Shown here: positions 1-13,061 of the stretch, piece by piece
Numbering within the stretch: the first letter of the stretch is position 1
Layout: each line of letters starts with the position of its first letter
Assembly (NCBI GenBank): GCA_028534125.1
Contig: CM052816.1
Span: 39,124,001 to 39,188,000 of the forward strand
Reading direction: 5' to 3'
From: Lama glama
Lineage: Eukaryota
Length of the DNA stretch: 64,000 nt
Position numbers and translations under genes: made by a program
The notes under the pieces: model-generated
What the model was told of the DNA's origin: nothing
The model's database searches: none
What the model saw: the letters and a program-made list of their open reading frames with translations, nothing else

Positions 1-797
1 GAGCAAAATACCAGCTGTACTGCTGGAAAAGCTACACTGCAGAGCACAGATGGAACTTGAAAGTGAACTGTACTTCTCACTTCTTCCCGCTGAACCGAGC
101 TACCATGTCGTCATAGGTAGAGAGAACAGATAGCTGCAGCCCAGGGTCCCGCGTGCTCCGTGTCATTTCCCTGCTTCCACCAGTTTGACAAGTCGGCCGT
201 TCTCCTTGGAGCATAGTCAAGTAATGAGGTGAAGGGAATGAACAAAAGTAATCCTCAGTGTTTCTTTCTGAGGAATACAGGAGAAGGCCTTTCTTTTGCA
301 GAAATGAGAGAAGAAGGGTAATAGATGTTTTCCCCAGTCAAATTACTACCTGCATAAAATGTCAATCAATCCACTAAAATCTAATTGTGGGTCAGTTTAG
401 CCCCATTGGTTACCAATTAGTATGTAGTCAATTTCTGCCTTAAAATTGTATGCATCAGGTATTCCTGATTAAAAGAATTTTAAAATCCTAATGAAAAGAG
501 TTAAAATTTTTTCTTTAAATTTTTTTTCTGCTTTAAAACTCAAGTTTTGCAAATATTTGTGCCATGTTATTAAAGTTAGCATGGTATAAACAAAAGTATA
601 CTGGCATACACTGAATATAATCAGTAGCTCCAACTCTCACGGAAAGCGTGATTAGGAACATTAAATCATTTTGTAGTTGAAAGTAATTGAAAACATTTCC
701 CTGAAAGAAAGGTAAGTAAAAAAAATGTAACAAGCGTGTCAAGTCTATTTTAAATGTCGAAATCCATTTTTTTAATTGAATATAAAGTGAAAGTATA

Positions 798-816
798 TGC
801 CCACTAGATGGCAGCA
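798..816 (+). promoter_or_regulatory. Candidate CTCF binding motif
   Basis: TGCCCACTAGATGGCAGCA closely fits the CTCF core CCACYAGRKGGC and lies in non-repeat sequence. Confidence 0.6.
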
Positions 817-1071
817 AATTAAATCTTTTAAAGCTATATTTGCTAAACTAGAAGGGAAAGGAAGTCCCTGTTGACAGGTGTGTTGTGAGGGGCGAAGTAG
901 GAATTTAGGCAGAAACTATGATGTGTAAAATGCACTGGCAAATCGGATAAATTCTGTCAACCAAATTCTATAGTCTGTGATTACAGATTATCTATACTGG
1001 TCTCCAAAAATCACATGATTTTAACACCAGTTCCTTTGGACCCATATTTTCTAAGAAAATGTCACAGACTT

Positions 1072-1159
1072 TTTTTTTTTGATTTTTGATTGAAGTACAG
1101 TCAGTTGCAGTGTGTCCATTTGTGGTGTACAGCCCAATGTCCCAGTCATGCATAGACAC
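1072..1159 (-). mobile_element. Severely 5'-truncated LINE-1 3' end (about 90 bp)
   Basis: poly(T) followed by an L1 3' terminus. TSD aatgtcacagactt (1058-1071) / aatatcacagactt (1160-1173). Confidence 0.8.
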
Positions 1160-1539
1160 AATATCACAGACTTCTCATCACAGTCCTCTGAGTTCTAAAA
1201 ATACAATCATTGACTGTGACACAGGTTGGCCCATTTTACAAATTTTGCCCAATGTTTGCCAAGACCAACCATGACTAACTCTAGCACTCCAAACCCTTTC
1301 AGTATCTTTCCTACCTCCCTCCTCTTGGTATTAACGCTCTCTTGCTGCAATTAGAATTATACAGGTGTTTCTAGTGGTACTGGCTGATGAGGTTTAATAT
1401 GTTAATGAGACATGCTATTGTCATATTTACTAAGGATTATTTTCAAAGTTGTCATAATATTGAAATAGATTTATTTCAGTAGTATAAATCAAATGTCAAC
1501 AGTGAAGAAGCAAACCGTTAAATACTCAAATACACTCTC

Positions 1540-1885
1540 CTCATCCAAACTTCACACAAGCTCCTCTGAGGACTCTTTTCAACTAGTCTAAGCCAGTCTT
1601 GGTAGAAAATGCTGCTAAGTCATCATCCTCCACCCTTGATATCTGATCTCATCAAGTTCCTTTTCCCCACCATTGTTATGTAAGTCCTTGGTCTGCTTTT
1701 AGCATGAATCCTGTTAGCAAGATACCCTTGATGTCTCCTTGGTAATTTTCTATCCACCGACACCCTTAATCTACTATTTGGCTAGAAATTCCCACTTGCC
1801 TTTGTTGTATTTGGAGTTGAGCACGATTTCTCACCTCTACTGCAATAGTCTTGAATAAAGCTTTCCTTATTATTTTAACAATTGT
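1540..1885 (+). mobile_element. ERV LTR fragment (MER4-group-like; subfamily uncertain)
   Basis: cccttgatatctgatc ... ttggagttgagc ... gcaatagtcttgaataaag resembles ERV1-type LTR 3' halves, including the AATAAA. Confidence 0.55.
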
Positions 1886-2015
1886 GGGAATAATTTGATA
1901 ATACATGTTTATTTCTTCATGTTTTACTTATTTTCAAAACATATGATCTAACAATTCTTTTGAATGGGTTTAAACCTACGTTATTTTTAAAGCACATTAT
2001 TTCTAACAGGCATAC

Positions 2016-2084
2016 TTTTTAATTTTATTTTTTATTGAGTTATAGTCAGTTTACAACATTGTGTCAGTTTCTGGTGTACAGCAC
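2016..2084 (-). mobile_element. Severely 5'-truncated LINE-1 3' end (about 70 bp)
   Basis: T-rich tail followed by ttgagttatagtcagtttacaa. TSD tctaacaggcatac (2002-2015) / tctaacaggcagac (2085-2098). Confidence 0.8.
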
Positions 2085-2369
2085 TCTAACAGGCAGACAT
2101 TTTTAAAGATCTTCACCATCTCATTCAGCTGTGTGTTACTTCATTTATCAGCCTCCTAGTATCTTTAGTATCTTCAACTCCAATCCACTCAATCATCTTG
2201 AATTCCTAGGCTTTACTAGCGAATGAAATAAAATAACTAATAAAAATAACTTCCTGTTTATTTTACCATCACACATTTTGAATTAAAGTTCTAACTTATA
2301 GAGGGCTACACATGGTAGGCACTTTTTAATATAAAGATTCATGATTCTAATAAATTGATAAGTAATTTT

Positions 2370-2540
2370 CTTTGAGTATCTATAATATGCCAAGAACTGT
2401 GTTAGACAGTATTACTACATTACTTTTAATATTCACAATAATGTCTTAAATAGGATATTATCCTTATTTCACAAATGAGGAACTAAGGATCAGAATGTTT
2501 AAAAGACTTCCCCCAAATCACATATCTAAGCAGAACTAGC
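2370..2540 (-). mobile_element. MIR SINE
   Basis: attatccttatttcacaaatgaggaactaaggatcaga matches the MIR core in reverse. Confidence 0.65.
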
Positions 2541-4059
2541 TCAAAAGTCTGTTTTATTCACTATACGTAATGCTTCCTACATACCACTCACTTTTATTTT
2601 CCTCTGGGTTTAAAAATTTATTCAGCATTTCATTTATCTAGCAATTAGACTTCTAATCTCAATAAACTAAGGAGACTCATAGGAAGCCAAAAAATAAAGT
2701 AAAATAAAAAACCTGTAATCACTGAGTGTTTACAGCACCCACAATTTTAATATTTTTAGCAGTACTTTGCATCTACTTTTGGTGTAGAACCTGCAGATCT
2801 TGTATTTTGTGTAGAATGTGTAATCAGTTTGATTACATAATTATGAGCGGTAGCATGTTAGAAACTGTAACAAAAAGTCACTACTCTCAACCAGAGAGGA
2901 AGCAAGATTCATTCACCAAGGCAGCTAAGCAAACAAAGGCAATTTACTAAAGGAGCAAACAGTTCCGCATCTCTTAATAGTTGAGGTCATCCCTGTATAA
3001 AACTACGTTACAGTAATTTGTATCATTATGTTTACCTGCTGTTGACTCATTTGGCAGAGTTACATGAGTCACTCTTAACAGATTAGAGAGCAGTTCTTCC
3101 TATATACATGTTTAGAGGTTTTAGCTGAAATAAATATTATATGGAGGATATTTAACAGTACCTCATAAACATTCATAGTTTAATTCAATCTGGTCTCTTG
3201 GAATATCCTAAGCTCTTAGATTGCTAAATTTATCAGAGACTACTTTAGTTGGTACATCTCAATGCCTATATTGGAATTTTATGCAATAGTCACTTGTTAA
3301 CTTCTAGAAAACATGCAAATGGGTTTTACTATCCATTCTTTTATAGATTCACAAATAGTTTTTTCACATTTAGTATTTCCAAAATTGGAATATGTTTTAT
3401 AATTCTTATATAAATTTTCTGTGAGTTGCTGTTTTAAATCAGTGATCTGTCTTTCCAGAAAATATTCTACATATGAAGATGTTCATTTCAATATTGGAGC
3501 AAAAATTGGAAACAGGCCAATTTCATCCTTGTGGGAGTGGCTAAATAAGTTATATTAAATTCATACAATGGAATTCTATGTTAATATTGTACCACCATAT
3601 GAAGAGAATCAACATGGATTGTTGAGTATGGTGTTCACTAAGGTTAAATGTGCAAGGCAAGAAACAAAGAGCCACTATTTTTCCTTAAATAGTGAGGATA
3701 CAATTCTTGTAACTGGACAGTAGTACCCTCTATTAGGTAATAAAAACCTTGTGTTTAGACATTTCTCCACTTGAGTAAGTGCTGAGATTTAAAAAGACAC
3801 AACCAAGTAATTTAGCTTGGCTTTTAAAAACAAATTTATTGTAAAAATGGAAAAAACCTCATTTTATAGTAAATTACAAATGATATAGGACAGAAAAGCA
3901 ACAGTTATATAGTTAATAGTTAAAATAAATAATAATTAAAATAATAATTAATAATTAAAATTTAAAAATAGTTAGTTCTGTGATCTAAATAAATTTCGGC
4001 CCCAAAATAACTTACAGACATGACTGTTTAGAACTGAAAAGGAACCTTGGTAACTGCAC

Positions 4060-4373
4060 TCTTCATTACAGTAGCCGCCAGCCACATGTGCCTATTGAGC
4101 ACTTGAAATGTGGCTAGTTCAAATTAAGATGTGCTGTAAGTGTAACGTACACACTAAATACTGAACACTTAGTAGGAATAAAAGATGTAAAATACCTCAT
4201 TAATAGTTAATGATTTTATAATATTGATTGGCAATATTTCATACATATTTGGTTAAAGAAAATATATTATTCAAATTAATTTTGCCTGTTTCTTTTTGTT
4301 TTTTTATGGTGGGTACTAGAAAAATTTTGCTTACATATGTGCTGACATTTTATTTCTATTGGACAGCACTGCT
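4060..4373 (-). mobile_element. hAT-Charlie DNA transposon, MER33-like
   Basis: gccacatgtgcctattgagcacttgaaatgtggctag ... tttctattggacagcactg terminal motifs. Confidence 0.8.
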
Positions 4374-6397
4374 CTATAACTTGTTCCTTAGAGACTTAAA
4401 AACTTCAAAGGCCTCATTTCTGGCTAAAACTAAAAATAAGTTAGTGAAGAATCATTTATTACTTCTTTTTGACACTCCTTCGGACTTAAAACAATTTTTG
4501 TGATCAGAACAGCAACCACAAAAAGCCATGGGCAGAACTTCCCCTAGGACCTCATCTTTCCCTCAGGATTCAATTATGCTAATAAGTAACACCATAGATG
4601 TGGTTGCCCTGACCATCTGCACATGCTGTCTCATACAGGGAAGAGGACATACCATTTTATGACTATCACCTACTGCTTCCAGTAGTGATTTCCAGAGTTA
4701 GATTCTTAAGAAGCTACATCATTTTACTTTCTCAATGCCTATTTTAAACATCACTGGGTATTTAAAATATGACTACATGATCATACAGTTGTTTCCTTGC
4801 AAGAAGGATAACTTAAATGACCCTGGAAGCAAGTTAAAGGTCAAGAAATCAGAATGAAAGGGAGGGAGACCATATCTGTCAATTCCCTTGATAAGGCACT
4901 AATGCTACCCAAGTAAGCAGTACAGATGAAAATCTAGAAATATGCAGATATTAAACAGTAAAACGTTATTTGTAGAATCATAGTTGGAAGTCTAATATTT
5001 CTAGCTACAAATAGTTCTTTTAAAATCTTCTGTTCATGAAATCTTTGTTTTCTGCAGTTTTTCAAGGGTAAATCAATTCAATGATAATACTTCTCTGACT
5101 TTATCTTCACCCCAATAATATGCTCAACTATGATCCTTTAAAGATTTCCCTAACTATTACTATTAATTTCCATAGGTTGTAGTCATTGGCTTCACAGAGC
5201 AATCTGCCTTTTAATTAGTGAATGAGTTAATTAATAATCAAATATTAATTCAATTCTTCATAGTGCTAAGCACTGTAAGATGCTTTCATTTGCAGGAGAA
5301 ATATATATGCAGAAACAATGAGATGCTTGTTTTAATGGAGATTTGTATGGTCAAAGTGAAAATGTAGGATGAAGTCTTTGGGAATCACAATGAACTGAGT
5401 AGAGCGGGAACATGAAGATCAAAGTTATGGTGAAGTCAGTCAGAAGACAGTAGCCAGAGCATGACGAGCCTTGCACATTTTATCCTGAAAATCATGGGTT
5501 TCAAAATAGTTTTGAACTGTAGAATCCTTTATTCCAGTAAAATATTGCATAGAGTCTCAGCGGGTTAAAAAAAAGTAAATGGATTGCAATATTGGAAACC
5601 CTCTTCTATCACTGGGTCTGAAGTGTCCCCAGAAGTAAGAAAGAGGAAGAAATTAAGGATGACTACCACGACTTTAATTGAGTGGATGTTGGTGCCATTT
5701 ACAGAGTCAAGGAATACAAAAACATTGGCCTTATATTCTTCTTTTCTCCATCTCTAGAGTTATTGTTGGCTGCCAAAGTTCCCTAAAAGTATTTTGAAGC
5801 TGCAAATTCTTGAACACTATTATGCTCTGGTGTGATCTGATTCCAAATATGAAGTCTGTCTGGCTCAAACTTAGGTTGGGGCATAATATTGCTCTTATTC
5901 TTGTATCCACATCATATTCCAAGAGGCAACTCCAAAAAGGAGTAGTAGTCTTTCCTCTCTTTGGTGTTATACTATTATAGAGCTTCCCTGTGCCTTAGAA
6001 TTACATGAAAAAACCCTTTAGTTTTGCTTGCATTCCTCTCTCACTAGGACACAATGCTATTTGGTAGGGGTGAGGGAGAAGAGGCCAGGGCATGATCTGA
6101 GTAACAGACCTATACAGCCTGTCTGAAAATCCTCCCTGCTCTCTGACCTTGAGTCATTTTCCTTAGATTGATTAGCATGAAATTTTTCCAGGAGCCTTCT
6201 TTATTGCTTTAATGAAAAGATAACTTAGTGAGATCTTCAAATGGAGCTTCCAGAGGTACTCAGAACACAGAGAGAATACACCTTAGATTGTAGCTGGTAT
6301 ATCTGTGACAGCTGAATACTGTGAAAGAGTTAAACTTAGATATGGCTTTTATTTTCAATATTATATGGTAGAATGAACATGAGCTTTGAAATTTGAA

Positions 6398-6583
6398 CAG
6401 GATGTTTCAACCTTGGCACTATTGACAATTAGGGCTGGATAATTGTTGTGGGAACTATTCATCTGCACTGTCGGATGTTTAGCAGCATCCTACCCCTCAC
6501 CCTGAGTTGTGACAAACAACAATGTCTCTAGACATTGCCAAATGACCCCAGAGGCATAAAATCGCCCCTTGTCAAGAACCCCC
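6398..6583 (+). mobile_element. MER20 hAT DNA transposon nested in a MIR
   Basis: tcaaccttggcactattgac ... tttagcagcatcc ... aatgtctctagacattgccaaatg. MIR-like sequence lies on both sides (about 6365-6720). Confidence 0.8.
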
Positions 6584-7044
6584 TTAAATTAGATCAAAAT
6601 GTAGAACTCCCAGCTCTCTCCTTATCCATGTGTTATTTTAAGCAAAGGACTTAACTTTCCTGAGCCAGTGTATCTGAAAAACTGAGTGAAATGCTAAATA
6701 CCTCATATGGTGATTGACAGAGAGTAGGCACACAACAAACTGCAGTTCTCTTTTTTGCTTCCTCCTCCTTTTCAATTTTGAAAATCCAACAAGATATCCT
6801 AGAATCTAGAAATGGAAATGTATCCTAGCAAAGCAGTTTACCTCCTAAGATCTTAGTGTGATGAAGAACCAGACTTTATTTTAAACTAGAGGTAAGTCCA
6901 GGCAATAAACATTGGAGAAAAGAACTGTAGTTATTTTGTTAACATTTTAAAAAAATTTAAATAACTGAAAATTTTTATTTTAAAATTTACTTTATTTTTA
7001 AATTAAAATTTATATATTTTGTAGTTTTAATTCATTTTCATTTG

Positions 7045-7230
7045 AACTGTCACCTCTGATTTTCACAACAATCCTATGAAATAAGTAGGGTAGGGAGAAT
7101 CCTTATTTTATAAATAAAGATTCTTGGGTTAAGAGAGTTGAAGTGATTTACAAAAGACATAAGGTTAATAAGTAAGAAAGGTGGATTTTGATCTCGGTCT
7201 CTGAGTCCAAATGTAGTACATTTTCCATTT
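7045..7230 (-). mobile_element. MIR-family SINE
   Basis: tcacaacaatcctatga ... ccttattttata ... gagagttgaagtgattt, a reverse MIR core. Confidence 0.6.
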
Positions 7231-7697
7231 ATAATAACTACCTTCTACTAGAATAAGTATGTGATTTGAATACGGTGTTGGATATTTAATTGAGATACAT
7301 GTTATCTTTTTTGTATTGAATTAAAGAGCCTTTCAGTTCTATAGCACTTCACAATTTTCAGAAGCTTTACGCACACAATTCCATGTAACCCCATACAGCC
7401 CCCTTTTCCCCTATCCTTATATTGCCCCTCCCCACTTCCCTTTCCCACTGGTAACCAGCTTCTATTGAATAGGTCTTCTCGGAATATTTTAGACTTTGGT
7501 AGTCCAGATTATAGGGTTCATATTTACCATACAAAGCACAGGAATCAAGACCACAGGAGAGGGAAGCAAGTTTGGACTGTGGTATGGGTCATAAGTAAAT
7601 GTTATCGTTGAGATCTTCATCCTCTTTTTCTTAACAGGGATTTCTGCATCTATACCATATTTCAGAGTGAGCCACGGGGGTGGCCACATTCTTGCAT

Positions 7698-7870
7698 CAG
7701 TGGTTTTCAAACTTGGCAGCACATTGGAATCACTGATGTAGTTTTAAAAATAATGATTCCTGAGTCTCATAACTAGTTTCTGAATTAATTGGCCTGGAAT
7801 GTGACCTGAGCATGAGATCCACAAGCTTCCTAAGTAATTCTAATGAGAAGTCAAGGTTATGGATCTCTGG
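7698..7870. mobile_element. MER5-family hAT element
   Basis: cagtggttttcaaacttggcagcacattggaatcac ... aattctaatg ... caaggtt ... ctctg termini. Confidence 0.7.
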
Positions 7871-9743
7871 TTTAGCTGGTGATCTGGAGGAGACTGTAGA
7901 ATTGATAGAAATTTGCTGAGCACACAAGGACCCAACCAATTATAAGTCAATAAAACATTGAGTGTGTCGTAAAGGTCCATCAAGAATTATCCCTTCAGAT
8001 ATATGTGATAGATCAAAGAAGGATGGAATTAAGAACCAAACTGGCAGTCAGTGTCATACCAGGACTGTCTGTCACTGAGCTCCGATTTAGGATTTGCTTT
8101 GTACAGGTTTTTTCAGGTAGTGACCATTTCAAACCTAACATTGGCTATGTTGTTATTACTTTCAGAGGAAACAGGTGAAGGAAAGAAAAGAATAGAAAAT
8201 ACAGTACTGAAGGAATTTGAGGAGAAGAGTTAACTCTTAACTGCTCAAAATATTGAACATTAAAATGCATCTGATGGCCTCATAACAAAAATTATGTTTT
8301 ATTAAACATCTATCCTGCAACTACACTGTGCTAGAAACCTTTCTTGCCATCATAGAACCTACATTATTTCCATAAAACTTTAGGACCTCGTTTTGTCTTC
8401 ACAGCTGTCTTTTGTACTAACTAATGCATCAACAGTTATCCCCAAAACATTAAATTTCCTTTCAGCACAGGTGTAAGAAAGCCTGCAGTTAACTGGTTTG
8501 TTTCCACTAGATGTTTAACAAAAGTCTGTTTATCTGTCATGAACAACACGGATAAAACTTGAATTGAGAGACAGTGAAGTCGAAGTGAATAGTAATACTT
8601 TAATAAATTATGCAAAGAAAACACTGGTGAATTGAAAAACAAGGGTATGCCACCTAAATACAGCTAATTTAGTTGTCTGAACCTAAACCTGAAGACGGAA
8701 TTGTGTCTAGAGCACATACTGTGTTGGAATAGTTTTAAGTCTGCAGAACCTCAGTTAGTTTGTTGAAACTTTTGATTGAGAAACCCTTAGGAGACAGGAA
8801 AATATTCTAGGCCTGTGTTTTTCATTTAGAAGATTGCTACAAGTATTAAAAAATTAATTTATAATGTGTTGTTTTTGAGAATTTTTCAGTTATATATATA
8901 TGTGTGTATGTTTCAGTCATAGACACATATGTATATATACACACACATACACATTATGGTTGTGTATATATGTGCACTGAGTTTCAGTGTAAAACATACT
9001 CTTTATTGTATGTTGTAGTTAAAAAAATTTAACATACTGCACTAGCAAAAGTTAGGGGCTGTTCTAGTGCCATTGTTTTCTGCAAGAACAGAATTTTATT
9101 GAGTTATGATAGTAGAATCTTGACATATAAACAAATTCATTCCACACTCATTTATCCTTATAGTTTGAAATATTAGTAGTATAACTGTGAGAACTCAGAT
9201 TTGTTTTCTTAAGGAATATTATGAACACATATAGAAACAGTAATACCTTGTTTTTATTATTCAGTCTCTTTCTTGCAGTTACTATACTGTTGTTCCCTCT
9301 TCTGTTTTCTGGAAGAGCTTGTATAGATTTTGTACTATTTCTTTTTTTCCCAGTTTTATTGAGATATAATTGACATATAGCACTGCGTTAATTTTAGGTG
9401 TACAGCATAATGATTTGGTATATGTACATACTGCACAATGATTATCACTGTAAGTTGTCAACACTCATAGAGTTTATCCCCTCATATAGTTACAATTTTT
9501 TTCTTGTGATGAGAACTTTAAAGATTTACTCTGTTAATCTCACAGAGAGAATTCTCTGGGCGCTCTTTTATAAAGACACTTATCCTATTCACATATTGCC
9601 AACTGTCTCAATACTGTCTCCTTTTTCTTTTCAGTACAAAATTCAATCCAGGAAAACACGTCACATTTAGTTGTCATGTTTTACACTTCTTAAATCTGCA
9701 GCAGTTCCTCATTTTTTCCGTTTCTTATGTCCATGTGAGTTTT

Positions 9744-10101
9744 TTTCCCCCTCATGGACCATAAAGTTTTATTTATTTTAAAAAAATTTTTTCTTTTTTT
9801 TAACATTTTTTTATTGATTTATAATCAGTTTACAATGTTGTGTCAAATTCCAGTGTACAGCACAATTTTTCAGTTATACATGAATGTATATATATATTCA
9901 TTGTCACATTTTTTTCTCTGTGAGCTACCGTAAGATCTTGTGTATATTTCCCTGTGCTATACAGTATAATCTTGTTTATCTATTTTACAATTTTGAAATC
10001 CTGTCTATCCCTTCATACCCTCCACCCCCTTGGCAACCACAAGTTTGTATTCTATGTCTATGAGTCTATTTCTGTTTTGTATTTATGCTTTGTTTTTTTG
10101 C
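9744..10101 (-). mobile_element. Young (camelid-type) LINE-1 3' end with an extra 3' segment
   Basis: L1 3' UTR shared with the copies at 17312, 38641 and 62727. TSD tgtccatgtgagtttt (9728-9743) / tgtccatgtaagtttt (10102-10117). Confidence 0.85.
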
Positions 10102-10301
10102 TGTCCATGTAAGTTTTAACGTATATGGGTCCTTCATTCTGTATGTTGAACTTCAATATGGGTTTTTTTAATCATTCCTTATGAACAGACTCAGGCGGTG
10201 CCTGCCTGCCTCCCTCTCTCCCTCTCCCCGCAGATCTGCAGTTTGTCTTTTCATTATCTTGTGTCTTCTTGAAGTTTTCTTTTGTTGAAGTCCAATTTAT
10301 T

Positions 10302-10801
10302 NNNNNNNNNNNNNNNNNNNNNNNNNNNNNNNNNNNNNNNNNNNNNNNNNNNNNNNNNNNNNNNNNNNNNNNNNNNNNNNNNNNNNNNNNNNNNNNNNNN
10401 NNNNNNNNNNNNNNNNNNNNNNNNNNNNNNNNNNNNNNNNNNNNNNNNNNNNNNNNNNNNNNNNNNNNNNNNNNNNNNNNNNNNNNNNNNNNNNNNNNNN
10501 NNNNNNNNNNNNNNNNNNNNNNNNNNNNNNNNNNNNNNNNNNNNNNNNNNNNNNNNNNNNNNNNNNNNNNNNNNNNNNNNNNNNNNNNNNNNNNNNNNNN
10601 NNNNNNNNNNNNNNNNNNNNNNNNNNNNNNNNNNNNNNNNNNNNNNNNNNNNNNNNNNNNNNNNNNNNNNNNNNNNNNNNNNNNNNNNNNNNNNNNNNNN
10701 NNNNNNNNNNNNNNNNNNNNNNNNNNNNNNNNNNNNNNNNNNNNNNNNNNNNNNNNNNNNNNNNNNNNNNNNNNNNNNNNNNNNNNNNNNNNNNNNNNNN
10801 N
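10302..10801. other. Assembly gap (500 N)
   Basis: Run of exactly 500 N. Confidence 0.99.
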
Positions 10802-11785
10802 ATGCAAATACTGTATTGCATTGATTACTCTGGTTTTATTGTATGTTTTGGAATCAGATATTTTTGTGACTTTGTTCTTTTTGAAGGTTGTTTTGGCTAT
10901 TCTAGATACTTTGCCTTTCCACATTAATTTTAGAATCAATTTGTTGAATTCTGTTAAAAAAAGCTTACTGGGATTTTAATTGGGGATTCTTTGATTCTAT
11001 ACGTTTGGAGAAAATTGACATTTTAGCAATATTGAATGTTGTGATGCCTGACTATGATATATTTACTTACTTACTTAGGTCTTCTATCCTGCAAGTTTGG
11101 TAAATTAACTTATTAGTTTTAGAAGTCTTGTGGCAGATTTCTTAGGATTTTTAACTACATGATCATGTAATCTTGAATTAAGACATTTTTACTTCTTTCT
11201 TCCCAATCTGTATGCTTTTTATTTCTTTTTCTTGCTTTGTTGCACTCTCTGGGACGTCCAGTACAATGCTGAAGAGAAGTTTTGAAAAGAGATGTTCATT
11301 TATTTTTCCTGTTTTTAGGTAGAAATCATTTAGCATTTCACAATTAAATATGTTAACTGCAGATTTTCTGTAGATGACCTTTATCAGTTTGCAGATGTTT
11401 CCTTTTATTCTTAGTTGGTTAGGAATTTTCATCAGTGGTGTTGGATTTTATCAAGTATTTTTTTCCATTAGCTATTGGGACCATCGTATATTTCTCTTTT
11501 ATTTATTTTATTAACATTATATATTGTGTTTTTTGATTTTTGGATGTTTAACCAACCTTGCATTCTGGGGATAAACCTTTGTTATTGGCCTATTAAATCT
11601 TTTTTATATATTGCTGGATTTAATTTGCCGAAATTTTGCAAAGAATTTTTTTAATGAGAAGGCTGGTCTGTAGTTTACTTGGAATGCTTTTGTCTGTATT
11701 CAGGATCAGGTTATACTGGCCTCATTAATTAATTGGAATGTGTTCCTTTCTTCTTTTTTCTGAAAGAGTTTATGTAGGATTGGAT
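10802..11785 (-). mobile_element. Old LINE-1 ORF2 fragment
   Basis: Minus-strand ORFs ILKLMWKGKVSRIAKT and KQEKEIKSIQIGKKEVKMS are degraded L1 ORF2. Confidence 0.85.
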
Positions 11786-11811
11786 GCCGATACAAACTCT
11801 TTCAGAATCCA

Positions 11812-12590
11812 TTTGTCAATTTATTGCCTCTATATATCAGTATCAGTATCAGTTTATTGCCTCTTTGCTCCAAACTCATCCTTTTTGCCTGCTCTGTGAA
11901 AATGGACCTAAGCCCTTTAGATATTTTTCTTTGCCAGCTGTCACAGATTTTTTTTAATTTATTGAAGTATAGTCAGTTTACAATATTGTGTCAATTTCTG
12001 GTGTACAGCATAACAGTTCAGTAATACATATACATATATATTTATTTTCATATTGTTTTTCATTATAGGTTACTATAAAGTATTGAATATAGTACCCTGT
12101 GCTATACAGTATAAACTTGTTGTTTATTTGTTTTCTTTATAGTAGTTAGTATCTGCAAATCTCAAACTGTCAATTTATCCCTTCCCACCTTCCCACCCCT
12201 TTCCCGCCAGTAACCATAAGTTTGTTTTCTATATTCTGAGTCTGTTTCTGTTTTGTAAATATGTTCATTTGTCTTTTTTTTAAGATTCCACATGCAAGTG
12301 ATATCATATGGTATTTTTCTTTCTTTTTCTGGCTTATTTCAATTAGAATGACAATCTCCAGGTCCATCTGTGTTGCTGCAAATATTCTTTTTTTATGGCT
12401 GAGTAGTATTCCACTGTATGAATTTACCTCAACTTCTTGATCTAGTCATCTGTCGATGGACATTTAGGTTTCTTCCATGTCTTGGCTGCTATGAACATTG
12501 GGGTGCATGTAGGTTAATAATTCTTTATATCAAACTTTTCCTGTTCAAATTACTATGTGGTTTCTCTCTTTTGATTGGATCAACACTTTT
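11812..12590 (+). mobile_element. ERVL LTR (LTR41-like), interrupted by an L1
   Basis: The start tttattgcctct..gctccaaa and the end ggttaataattctttatat..cctgttcaaattact..gtggtttctct match my recollection of LTR41. ERVL-like internal sequence follows to about 13060. Confidence 0.6.
11947..12510 (-). mobile_element. LINE-1 3' fragment
   Basis: T tail and L1 3' UTR; ORF remnant MDLEIVILIEISQKKKEKYHMISL. Confidence 0.9.
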
Positions 12591-13061
12591 ATGAAATTGA
12601 TATCAACAGTAGCCCAGAAGATATATTTATAAAGAATAGAATTTTAGGATTGGTTTTATTATGCCTTTAATTTCAGCTCTTTGATCAGATCGGTAGTAGT
12701 TCTTGGCATGTAGTGGCATCATAATTAATCAAGCTACCACCTGTGCTTGGTTGGGATGACCTTTCAAATGAAGCACATACCTTGAAAGCCACGTGGATGC
12801 TGTACTTTATGTTATGGTGGTAATGATGTCTGTAAGGACTCTGGTGTTCGATGGAGTCTTTTGTGTCTCCTTAAGCAGTTATGAAGAGAAAATGACAAAC
12901 TTTGATTTGTTAACTCTCAGCTCAAGTCATGGTCTGAGTATTCAAGGGCTCCTATCAAAGCCCTAAAAGATAGGGCTTTGAAATTTGAAAGATAGGCCAT
13001 TTATTTTAACCATACAGCAGATATTTCTGGAAATCAAACACAAAATGTAAATGTTTGGACT

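Noticed and set aside
677..717. 35-nt candidate micro-exon with AAG|GTAAGT (similar donors near 6890 and 15858)
   Set aside because: No recognisable homology, and a few such 8-mers are expected by chance in 64 kb of AT-rich DNA.
10186..10233. GC-rich pyrimidine tract ending in cgcAG, resembling a splice acceptor
   Set aside because: It is followed by antisense L1 sequence with no OATP coding potential.
10172..10979. Long ORFs (174-255 aa) across the first gap, and likewise at 62181-62925
   Set aside because: Artefacts of translating N runs; the real residues are L1 fragments or non-coding flank.
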